This document shows positions 40,890 through 52,779 of a stretch of 64,000 bases of DNA, piece after piece (position 1 is the first letter of the stretch; each line of letters starts with the position of its first letter). The DNA is from Eledone cirrhosa. Its lineage: Eukaryota. The position numbers and the translations under genes are program-made. The notes beneath the pieces were generated by a model. The model worked only from the letters and a program-made list of their open reading frames with translations, ran no database searches and was not told the origin of the DNA. Location: assembly GCA_964016885.1 (NCBI GenBank), contig OZ024743.1:146134001-146198000 (forward strand). Reading direction: 5' to 3'.

Positions 40890-41768
40890 ATGCATGTTCA
40901 CATCAAATCTCTATTCCCCATCAATGATACATCAGAAGCTGCTAACGAATTTCACAAACGTAAAACCAAACCAGTTAGCAGCCTATACAGATCGCCCATT
41001 ATGGTGCCCATTCATCAGGTCGGAAACAGCGACCATCGAAAAGGCGGCTCTGAAGGAATTCTCTACAAAGTCATGTCTGAATGTAAAGGATCAGACAAAA
41101 TATTAAAACATGTTAAAGATAGTAGTAGACAACCTGTAGTTATTGATTTGGAAGCCAGTGGCAACTCGCGCCACTCACCATATAATGGGTCTCCTTACAG
41201 TGGTTACACTCCTTCCAGTGAGGACATATCATCACACATAAGCAATCATAACAGTGCCAGTAACAACAACAGTCCAGTTATTTCTCTATCAGACAACCAC
41301 AGCTCCCCTTCAACAACTACTCATCATGAACAAGGAGGGGTAAGTCAGCATCAATCCAGTATATCTCATCAGCATCATCATCATCACCAACAGCAGCAGC
41401 AGCAGCAGCAACATCGACAACAGCAACGGCACCTCCAACAACAGCAACACTCACGGTATGGAGATATTCATGAACAAATTCAAACTTTCCCTCAAGCCAC
41501 AAGCCTTGCTCCTCAGGAAGCCAGTTATGTGACATCTGCTAACCGTCATGCTATATCAGAAGCATTGACAAGTGAGCTTTCTTCACCCATCAATAATTAC
41601 AAATTGTACTACTCACAAAGCAACAATACCATCCGTTCCATGTCACCGCTTCCATCTGTTGGGAGTATTGAAAGAGAAATACAATTCTATCAGCCATGTC
41701 TAAATATTGCTAATAATGTCAATCAAAATGTGCCAGATTCATTAAATTTCTCTCCATTGCGACAGTAA
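40890..41768 (+). CDS. Same zinc-finger gene, terminal coding exon (completes finger 4 as HTLK|MH; Ser-rich and poly-His/poly-Gln C-terminus)
   Basis: Acceptor tttctttttcAG ends at 40889 and the phase matches the upstream exon. It supplies the second His of finger 4 and is open for 292 codons to TAA. Total CDS 532+185+879=1596 nt, i.e. 531 aa. Confidence 0.9.
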   Translation: MHVHIKSLFPINDTSEAANEFHKRKTKPVSSLYRSPIMVPIHQVGNSDHRKGGSEGILYKVMSECKGSDKILKHVKDSSRQPVVIDLEASGNSRHSPYNGSPYSGYTPSSEDISSHISNHNSASNNNSPVISLSDNHSSPSTTTHHEQGGVSQHQSSISHQHHHHHQQQQQQQQHRQQQRHLQQQQHSRYGDIHEQIQTFPQATSLAPQEASYVTSANRHAISEALTSELSSPINNYKLYYSQSNNTIRSMSPLPSVGSIEREIQFYQPCLNIANNVNQNVPDSLNFSPLRQ

Positions 41769-44700
41769 ATATTCACACATAATGTTTTAAGTTTATCTAT
41801 TCTATCGGAACATATCTGTTCATTCTGATAGGGAAAATATTGTTTTTGTTTCCTAGTTTTTACTCCCACCAGTGTTTCAAAGCACTTGTGTTTTGACAAT
41901 GCAATGAGGTAGTCTCTATATGGTTGCTTGATCTGTCAGAAAGAACAGCCAGATCACTTTCAAATCAAACCCTATCTTCTTAAAAGCTTAAAAGAAGTTG
42001 GACACATTATTTAATGTAGTCCTAGATATACTGTGTCTGAGTAAACGACATGGATGGTTATGGTTGTAACACCTTTGATCATAGTTCTGCTTTATCAGGA
42101 CTGGTCTAGGGATAAGCAACAACAAAAACAACATTACTATGTTTCGTTATTTATCATTTGGTTTTCTGTAGGATCATTTCAGTTGACTACAATGTATGTT
42201 TTCCAACTAAATATTTAGTATTATGCCAGTGCTAGTTGTTATTACTATTGCTATTATTACAGCCCTCACTGCTAGTAATGAATCTAATAACACCAGTGAT
42301 AATAGTAGTAATAGTAATAATACTATAATTATTTGTGAAAGACACTGTGGTGTGGCAGTAAGTTGTTAGTAATTCAGTCCGTGATTATTGTAGTTCTTTG
42401 GAATCATGGGAAATCATGAACTTCTCATTTTCTACTCACAAAACTAAATCTAGCTACAGTATTTAGATTGGTTCTCTTTGTTTAAATCTCACCTGGAGTT
42501 TATTAAATTTCACCTGCTCTGGGGTGGGTCGATAAACTAAGTGCCAGTGATATACTGGGTTTGATGAATTCTATTATATCCATTTCCTACAAATTCATAG
42601 CCTTGTGCCAATGTAAGAAATCATCATCATTATTATTATCATTAATATAATTACTGTTAGATTAAGTTTGATCCATTCAACTTACCATAAATATGAATAT
42701 ATTATAAAGGACTATTCAGTGCTTGTATTCACTGATTTAAAAAAAATACTTTCCCCCCCATATACAAAAACAATATGACCATTCTTCTCAGTGCTTGCAC
42801 ATGTTTGTATGGAACAATTTATATTCGCTGTTACTGTTGCATTTGCCATTACAGAACACTTGCCAAAGTGCAGTGCTTATATTTTGCTTTGTTAGACTCT
42901 AATTATTCAATTAGGTCCCTAATGTGTAAAGCTACTAAGATTTGTTTATTATCTGTACACATCTCCTTTCTAGATGATTCCATTTAGATGGGAGTTTGTA
43001 ATTAGATTTAACTAGATATATTTTTTGTGTATGCAGCTTGTTGTTTCTTTAGCTTCAACTACTGTGTCTGACCATAGAAAAGACATGCTGTCTTTGAGCC
43101 AGTCTCATCCATCTGAATGATGCACACACTCACCCTCTTCATCTTTCACTTTATTCTCTTTCGTAATATTTCCTCTACCAGTGGTGATTGTGTTTTACTA
43201 GTTCAGTAATTAGACTAAACTCTACAATGTCCAGGAATGCCTTAAAACAACCATCTATTCAAATTGCCAAACAGTTCTATAGAAATATGTTGATTCCTCC
43301 TTATCCAGTAACTCTATGTAAGTCAAGACATTATTTTCAGTGTAACCCATTAAAGTTTTGGGAATATAATCCCTAGCTTTTTAAACAGTCATTTTTATTA
43401 ATGCCTACGAAAAGATTTGATGAAAAACTTGAGTCGTTATTCTGAATTAGCTGTGATGTCACATATACAGGCATCTAAGTATACTATTGCAGCTTTTTTT
43501 CTTTTGTATCACCATCAGCTCCAGCATTATCATTACATCACATTGTCATTGTTGTCATCATTATTATCATCAACAGTGTTAGTATCATTGCCAAGAAGTG
43601 TGATGGAGTAGTCAAAACTGTAAAATTGCCAAGTGGATACTATACATATATTTAGTTTGGTGTCTCACTATTTTCACAGGAATTAACTTTCCATGTCATT
43701 CCTCCAAATTTGATAAACTAAGCATCAATAGCAATCTATACTCTTGTAACCAAAATTAGAATTGTGCCTAGTCAGAATAAATCATTATTGCCATCACAAT
43801 TTGAAATAATAATCTAAACATAACCAGTACACAAAAAATACAAAAACAAAAAAAAAAAGAAGACAAAAAACAAACACGATTTAAGGTTGAAAATAAATTT
43901 CCTCTTACTTAAAATAAAAAAAGAGAGAAAATCCTAACAAAACAACAAAAAGACAAAGGTGAATTTGCTTAACCAAAGAGTTTTTCTTTATGAATTAACT
44001 ACTAAGATTTTAATATAGTACAATTTGTTGTATATTAATTTGGACAATAATGAAACAACCTATCGTGCTAATGCTAAGAGAACGACAGATTATCTTGTGG
44101 AAATAAATTATTTCAATTAAAATAGCAGAAATAAATTATAGTATCTGATTTGAGGAGGTAGTATGGTAAGTGTTCTCAATGCAATTGATAACGTGATTGC
44201 CTAGCAAGCAATAAATGCATGGTTTTACTCTCATCAGTAGTCCTATTGCTGCATTTTTTCTTTCAAATTGGTGCTTATAAAGTCTATTATTTATGTCTTT
44301 AATCAAACTCTTTTAAAAAAAATTACAAAATCTGTTCTCATGACTGAATTCTCTCTACTAATCTATCATGTGTCACAGATTGCTCTGTAATCTGGTATCC
44401 ATTGGAAATATATATATTTTCTAGGTGTTCCTCTTCAGAGCTTCCATCAACTTTAATTTTTTAAGGGAAAACCTTAAAAAATTAATTTATAAAAATAAAT
44501 ATACAAATGAAGGACACAGAACACCATGGTCATTGGCTGTTGAGATGGACTTAGGCAGTTTCAACCTCTGCCAACGGTACTGCTGGTCCATCTGGGGATA
44601 CAGCATCTGACATAAGTGAAACACTGTCCAAAGGAGTAAGAGATGAAAGGCAAACAGTAATTTATAGCCATTAAGATACAAAACATACAATTTTGTGTAA

Positions 44701-44886
44701 TGTTAGGGAAAATGCCTGGTACCTCTTAGAGAATGTGGAACAAAGAAGAAAGTAAGAAGAAGAAAGTAAGATATTTTGTTAGAAAATGTAAGCCATTACA
44801 ACAAATGGGGGAGAAGAGAACACGTTTGCCACATTAGAAGATAAACTTAAGAAAATTAACAAGGAAGGACAAGACAACGGACATTG

Positions 44887-44944
<58 letters not shown>

Positions 44945-47087
44945 CAATGAAGCACGGCCTAGAATCAAAAGGCCTTAAAATTAACCTGGCTAAGACTAAA
45001 GTTCTAGTTTGTAGGAAAGAAAATAAGGCGGCAGTCCCATCTGGGAAATGGCCATGCTCAGTGTGTAGGAAAGGCGTAGGTAGAAACTCCATTTTATGTC
45101 CCAAATGCAAAGTATGGGTGCATAAAAGATGTAGTGGTATCACAGGTAAGCTAACTAAGAACATAGATTTTACATGTGGCCGGTGCTCTGGTGCAATAAG
45201 TAGCAGCAAGTGCCCACAAAATACTAGCTCCTTCAACTGCGCAGAGGGTTCTATAGAAATAGTGGACAGCTTCCGTTACCTGGGTGACAAAATCAGCAGT
45301 GGGGGAGGGTGCTCTGAAAGTACAGTAGCTAGAGTCAGAACTGGATGGAAAAAGTTCAGAGAGCTTATACCACTATTAGCCGCTAGAGGGTTCTCCCTAA
45401 AAATGAAAGGCAGGTTATACGATGCCTGCATACGAACAGCAATGCTGCATGGCAGTGAGACCTGGGCATTGTGTGCAGAGGATATACGCAGACTAGAGAG
45501 GAACGAAGCTTGCATGCTCCGCTGGGTGTATTTTGTTAGAGATGCCTATCGTATACCTTTCTGTATGTATGTGTATATATATATATATATATATATGCGA
45601 CTGTACGTTTGTATACATATATGTCTGTACGTATACATACATACTTACATTTAAGTAAGTGCCGTACTAAGAGTGAGAAATGAAATTTCGTTTCATTCTA
45701 TTCCATTTATATATATAGTAATAATAATAAATTTGAAGACTAAAATCCAAAGAGGGCTCGATAAGGATAAATATATATCAAAGATTGACTTTGTTAGTTT
45801 CAAAATCCAAACCTGTTCCGCAGACAAATTTAAATTTCAAAACCCAAATAAGTTTCGCAACGATAATTTAAAAAAGTGAAAAATTCCAATTCCTGTGGTC
45901 ATCGGCAGGTATCCAGAAATTAGCATGTTTCACCTCGAAATATTTAGGAGGACTGGTAGTCAAGTGTTAACGCACGTGGTTTTCCAGCTCCTAGCTATCC
46001 CCATACGCATGCTGTTAGAAATAACAGCCTTCTATATGGGATTAAAATTTAGCTCAACAAAAGGAGCCGTTAAATACAAGTTAATATAAATTCATATATG
46101 ATAAACACTAATATAAACATATAAGCGTTTGTATTGTAAACCACGTGCGTTAACACTTGACTTGACTACCAGTCCTCCTAAATATTTTGAGGTGAAACAT
46201 GTTAATTTCTGGATACCTGCCGATGACCACAGGAATTGGAATTTTTCACTTTTTTAAATTATCGTTGCGAAACTTATTTGGGTTTTGAAATTTAAATTTG
46301 TCCAGGTATCACGGCTATTGCCAATATGGGGCATGGTGTGCAGAGGATATACGCAGACTAGAGAGGAACGAAGCTTGCATGCTCCGCTGGATGTGTAATA
46401 GTAATATACGTGAACGGCAAAGCATAAACGAACTAAGGAAAAAATTAGAGATAAGAGGGATCAGATGTTGTTTACTCGAGAGAAGGCTACGTTGGTATGG
46501 ACACGTGATGCGCATGAAAGTCGATAGCTGTATAACAAAGTGCAGGGCAATAAAGATAGACGGTAGCCACGGAATAGGCAGACCTAGAAAAACCTGGGAC
46601 GAGCTGATAAACTCCGACCTCACACACTTACACCTCTCCAAGACAATGTCACTGGACCGAGACCTTTGGCGGTACTCAGTAATAGAGAAGACCCGCCTTA
46701 CCTAAATACATAGTAAAACCTACTACAGCCAGTAGGCATCTCTAACAAAATACACCCCGTCCCACCACCCCCACCCCATCCACACCACCCCCTTCTATGT
46801 AAAGTTATGTTGGTGCCACACCATCCAGGCCGAAACAAATGAGATCGTGTAGGTGTCACGACAAAAAAACACACAGTCCACGCTGTAATGTGGCCATGTA
46901 GGCAACACGGTAAAAACCTCCCAGACCCACACTAAATGTGGTTGGTGTTAGGAAGGGCATCCAACTAGAAAACCTGCCAGACAGTCCTATGCGAGCAAGA
47001 CAATCACTCTTGCCTCAAGTGGGAATACCCCCGTCCAAACCCATGCAAGCGTGGAACACGGACGTTAAACGTTGATGATGATGATGA
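44945..47087 (+). mobile_element. RTE-clade LINE 3' part, rearranged and interrupted at 45526-46328
   Basis: GLKINLAKTKV...FRYLGD...LHGSETW, then RRLRWYGHVMR...GRPRKTW; 3' end cccatgcaagcgtggaa...(GAT)n. Confidence 0.92.
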
Positions 47088-47853
47088 TTTATTATTTTAA
47101 ATCGAGACAGACAAACTGTATTAATCTAATTAGTATTTTTCAATCTAGCTAACTTGGTCATTTACAATATAAACGCTTATATGTTTATATTAGTGTTTAT
47201 CATATATTAATTTATATTAACTTGTATTTCACGGCTCAGAAATGCTTCTTTCTTTGAGCTAATTAATTGTAAAAGACTGTTTGAGTTTATAACTCTAAAT
47301 ATAGTATATAACGGCTCCTTTTGTTGAGCTAAATTTTAATCCCATATAGAAGGCTGTTATTTCTAACAGCATGCGTATGGGGATAGCTAGGAGCTGGAAA
47401 ACCACGTGCGTTAACACTTGACTACCAGTCCTCCTAAATATTTCGAAGTGAAACATGCTAATTTCTGGATACCTGCCGATGACCACAGGAATTGGAATTT
47501 TTCACTTTTTTAAATTATCGTTGCGAAACTTATTTGGGTTTTGAAATTAAAATTTGTCTGCGGAACAGGTTTGGATTTTGAAATTTAAATTTTACCAGGT
47601 ATCACGGCTATTGCCAATATGGGTTTGTTTTTATTGATTTATTATTTTTAATCGAGACAGGCAAACTGTATTAATCTAATTAGTATTTTTCAATCTAGCT
47701 AACTTGGTCATTTACAATACAAATGCTTATATATTTATATTAGTGTTTATCATATATTAATTTATATTAACTTGTATTTCACGGCTCAGAAATGCTTCTT
47801 TCTTTGAGCTAATTAATTGTAAAAGACTGTTTGAGTTTATAACTCTAAATATA

Positions 47854-47860
<7 letters not shown>
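45798..47860. repeat. Cluster of inverted and direct copies of a non-coding sequence
   Basis: 45798-46070 is inverted at 47311-47583; 45824-45980 is inverted at 46141-46302; 47088-47310 is repeated directly at 47638-47860. Confidence 0.9.
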
Positions 47861-47893
<33 letters not shown>

Positions 47894-48309
47894 CATACAC
47901 ACACACACATACAGACATATATATATATATATATCATTTCATTTTACGTCCACTTTTCCCTGCTTGCAAGGGTGGGACGGGAACTGATTCTGGCTTGATT
48001 TCTACAGCTGGATGCCCTTCCTAATACCAACCTCATTTACAGTGAGTGCTGGGTGCTTTTTTGCCGTGGCACCTCCACGACCACTTTGCAGTGGAATGAT
48101 AGGGACCCCAGTCCCTATCATCTCATTTCTACAGCTGAGTAAACTGGAGCAATGTGAAATAAAGTGTCTTGCTCAAGGAAACAACACATCACCCGGTCTG
48201 AGAATTGAACTCACAACCTTTCGATTGCAAGGCCAATGCTCTAACCACTAATATATATATATATATATATATATTTGTATATATATTTTCTTTTCTCTTC
48301 TCTTCTTTG

Positions 48310-50965
48310 CCCACTTCCTGAGAGGGTCATAGGGGCAGAATCCTCAAACACTCCTTCCACTGGATCCTGTCTAAAGCAATCGTCTCCAATTGACCTGGCT
48401 GGATACCCAAGCAAAATCAGCTAAGGTCATGGGTGTCATCCAACCATCTAGCTCTGTGTCTCCCTGTGGATCTCCTGCCAGTTGGTTTAGCCTGTAAAAT
48501 CTGTCCAATTCTTTCTTGAGACATTCTAACCACATGCCTGTAGTATCAAGCTGTGATCTCTCAATTTGGAGAAGTAGTGGTTTTACCTGGAGTGACTCTG
48601 ATCTCTAAATATTGCACTATATTGAGTAACGTTACTCCAAAGACCCTTCGGAGGAAACCCATTTCAGCCGCTTATATTTGCAATCATATTCTTTTGGTCA
48701 TTACCCAAGGTTCACGACCATAGTTGTTAAGGATTGACACTAATACTGAATTGAAGATAGCGAGTTTGGCTTTTACACCTACCACCTTCTTCTAATTTCC
48801 GAATGCTGAAGCTGGCACATTACTGCACCAGCTGTTGCAATTTTCGCACTTAATTCAGCCCCCTGCCTTCCATCACTTGTGAACACGGACCCAAGATACT
48901 TGAACTTTTCCACTGGCTTCAGTGGAACTCCATTCACATGTAGAGTGCACTGCGCAGGCTTCCTTGAGAAGATGACTGTCTCAGTTTTCACAGCACGATT
49001 TTCATTCCAGCCATGCAGCACTCGGCATCAAACCTATCAAGTGCAAGTCGGAGATAATTTTCTGTCGAGTTAAGTAACACCAAGTTGTCTGCAAACTCCA
49101 GCTGACTGATTTTACACCTGCCAATCATGATACCACTTCCAACCCAGCTCCGCATGTCAATATATAATAATGAACAGGAGAGGGGACAGTACGCACCCTC
49201 AGTGGAGTTCGATTCACATTGAATGGTTTTGATTTAGCACCATTTATCTGAACACAAATACTCAGGCATTCATATATCTCAGGGCAACAAGAAGCAGTCC
49301 ATTGATCCCATACTCCTGCGGAACCTTCCACAGCAGGTCCTGAGGAACGCGGTCATATCCCTTTTTGAGGTCTACAAAACAAGAATATACATCTTGGCAA
49401 TACTTTCACGATTTCTCAAAGACCTGCTGCTAGTGTGAATATTTGGTTGGCTGTGCTGCGTCCAGGGTGAAAACCTCACTGTTCATCAGCCAGCTTGTAC
49501 TCAACAATCTCCCTACATCTCTTTGTCAGACATTTAGAGCATTGACTTTACTGGGGAGGCTTAACAAGGAGATCCCTCTGTAATTGGAACAATCTCTCTT
49601 GTCTCCCTTTTTGAAAATTGGGATTATCACACATGATTGCTTAGGTGCCTTTAGAGATCCAGGCCACCTGGTACACATGAGTTAGCCAAAGAATACCTTT
49701 TCTATTTAAGGCTTTTAAGATCTCGGGCTGGATTTCATCTTCTCCTATGGCCTTGCCACATTTGAGCTCTTTAACTGCTCTTGTGACTTCAGCCTCTGTA
49801 AGATTAGTCACTGCTCCCAAATGCACCTCATGTACATCAGAAGATCGGGTTTAGGAGATCAACAAAGTATTCTCTCCACCTCGTGAGAATGCACCTCTCT
49901 GAAGAGAGGAGAACCCCAGATGCGTTCCTGTTAGCAGGTGTGGAGGAGGTCCTCTTAGGAAGTTGACAGATGGTCTGAAGTCAGATTCCAGTTTAACCCC
50001 AAAGTCTTCCTATGTCTTAACTTTGGATGCCTTTACTGTCTCTGCTGTGATTCTTTGTACCTGCTTGTACCGCAAGTACAAGAAGGAGGGCCTATTTCTA
50101 AGCCAAGCTTTGTAGGTCTCCTTCTTTGCATAGATGGCATCTCTGAATTTGGATGCAATAGTATCTGCATACCTGGTCCTGACTTCCTTATCCACCAACA
50201 CTTCCCACTTTGCCCTGTAGGTCACCTTGGACCTGACTGTTTTGTGGGCTTCTTTGGCTTTAGGTAGTTTCAAGTTACAGATAACTAGATGGTGATCAGT
50301 TGACAGTTCAGCCACTCTTTTAAAATAAACATCCATCACAGAATCAAAGAGATCAGAGACAATAACAAAATCAATTATTGATCTCTGTCCCTGATTCTTC
50401 GTATATTTATGGATATCTGTGCTGGAAGATGTTCATAATAGAGAGTCCATTGCTAGAACAGAAGTCTAATAAGGCATCTCCATTCATATTTAGATCGGGG
50501 TTGCCGTTCTTTCCAATCGTTCCTTTTCATGTCAGGTGGTCAGTGCCAACATGTGCATTGAAGTCTTCTATCAGGATATATGACTCAGTCTTAACTACAT
50601 CTAATGCTGTAGTGACTTCATCAAGGAAGGATCTGTATTTGGACTCCTTGTTTTGTGCATAAACCTGCACCAACCGCAGAGACCTATTTTTTAGCCTAAG
50701 CTTCAAGAGACAAATCCTCCCTCCTAATGGAATCTAGTCCATAATACATTCTGACAGCTGGGGGCTTGTGAGTATCCCCATTCCCACTTGTGCAGTAATT
50801 TCTGGTTCCACAGAACTTCGTTGAGGAAACCCCGACTTTATCTAGCCGGTAGCATCTAGCCTCCTCCACTAATTCCTGCTCCTTACTTGTATGTGTTGTG
50901 ATGTACCAGATTCCAATTGTCATGTTTTTCTCCCTTCCAAATTTTCTTTGAGGTTTTGGGATACG
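48310..50965 (-). mobile_element. Second RTE-type (Expander/Rex3-like) LINE family, nearly full length but decayed; a further fragment at 13275-13550
   Basis: APE endonuclease start IGIWYITTHTSKEQELVEEA, AELSTDHHLV, GKAIGEDEIQPE, VEKFKYLGSVFTSDG; many stops. Confidence 0.85.
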
Positions 50966-50969
50966 CAAT

Positions 50970-51003
<34 letters not shown>

Positions 51004-51488
51004 TCAAAATAATTTGAAAACTCAAATGCTAGGAACAGTTGTTAAAACAGCTGAATGTTGTTAATGACAACAGCATGTAAGTCAGGTAAAATATCTTAAA
51101 CGACAGAAATCAGTGGCCAGTGGTTGGTAAAGAGGAAAGTACAAGTTGTGAAGTGAGTGACAGAAAGATGAAAACAGAAAAGATTGAGAGAGGAAAAGTG
51201 TATTGGCATGTAAAAGTGATAAGAAGAAAGAAAGACAAATGGAGATTGGGTTACATTGTCTTCCTTTCTTTCTTATAATACCTCTCCTCACTCAATTTTT
51301 TTCTATGTTTCATCTTCCTGTCACTCACCTCACAACTTTACGTCCCTCTTTACCAATCACTGGCCACTTATTCCTGTCATTTGAGGTATTTTTTACCCAC
51401 CTTACATACTGTTGTTTTTAACAGGTATTCCTTCTGTTGGAGTTTCCAAATTATTCTCATGCTTTGTTTCAATTTTCGAAGTAACAAT

Positions 51489-51529
<41 letters not shown>

Positions 51530-51925
51530 AGTTTGGTGGTTCACCACTGGATAGAACTTGTCATTCTGTATAGTTAACCATGATATAGTAGGAAAAGCAC
51601 TCAACATTATGCAACTCATCCATCTTTGTTGTAGAATCCTGTTCGTAGTGTGGAAATGGAGTTAATAATTATTGAGTAAAATGACAGGAGGTCAGACTAT
51701 AATAAAGGAATAATGGTAAACACAATCCAAGAGGCTATAAGGAAAGAAAGAAGAGAAAAACAATTTGACTCTAAAGCAATCAATGTGCTAGTCAGTCAGC
51801 CAAACTATCAACAACCAGCCCACTTATCACCTTCGAGTCAAATTTTTTTTCTCTGTTTTCTCTCCTTATAGCCTCTTGGATTGTGTTTACCATTATTCCT
51901 TTATTATATAACTATTATGCAATAT

Positions 51926-51983
51926 ACACCTGATGATGTCACCAGGATCCTACATAACCTGGCCATTGAAATGTATATAGTGT
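51926..51983 (+). ncRNA. Minimal type-I hammerhead-ribozyme-like motif
   Basis: acac-CTGATGA-tgtca-ccagg-atcctacataa-cctgg-ccatt-GAAA-tgtata-TA-gtgt. Stem I acac/gtgt, stem II ccagg/cctgg. Confidence 0.5.
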
Positions 51984-52395
51984 TTGCAGAAATAAAACTT
52001 TGAAGGAATTTCGCCAGTCCAGCCTCCTCTCATTTTACTCAATAATGACATATATATGTATATATCATCATCATCATTTTACGTCTGCTTTTCCCTGCTT
52101 GCAAGGGTGGGATGGGAACTGATTCTGGCTTGATTTCTACAGCTGGATGCCCTTCCTAACACCAACCTCATTTACAGTGAGTGGTGGGTGCTTTTTTGCC
52201 GTGGCACCTCCACGACCATTTTGCTGTGGAATGATAAGGACCCCAGTCCCTATCATCTAATTTCTAGAGCTGAGTAAACTGGAGCAATGTGAAATAAAGT
52301 GTCTTGCTCAAGGAAACAACACATCACATGGTCTGAGAATTGAACTCACAACCTTTCGATTGCAAGGCCAATGCTCTAACCCCTAAGCCTTGTGC

Positions 52396-52499
<104 letters not shown>

Positions 52500-52779
52500 G
52501 GGTGTCCCAAAAATTGCATACCTACATGACCACTTTTCAGTGTGGGCTGGGGACTTGGGTGGGGGAGATGCATGGAGATTGGTGAGGTAGATCTAGGGGC
52601 AGGGGTGGGGTGTTAGGACGTGGATCGGGTGTTACAACATGGGAGATGTATGGAAAGGGAAGGTGGCGCATACTAGATGTATGCCTCAACCCATGCACAT
52701 GGGAAAGCGGGTCTTCCGTATCACTGCATAACGCCAGAGATCACAGTGCTGTGTCATTGCCTTTGAGAGGTGCATTTGT

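Noticed and set aside
40849-41768. Stand-alone single-exon gene starting at ATG 40890
   Set aside because: The ATG directly follows a splice acceptor and completes finger 4, so this is the last exon of the upstream gene.
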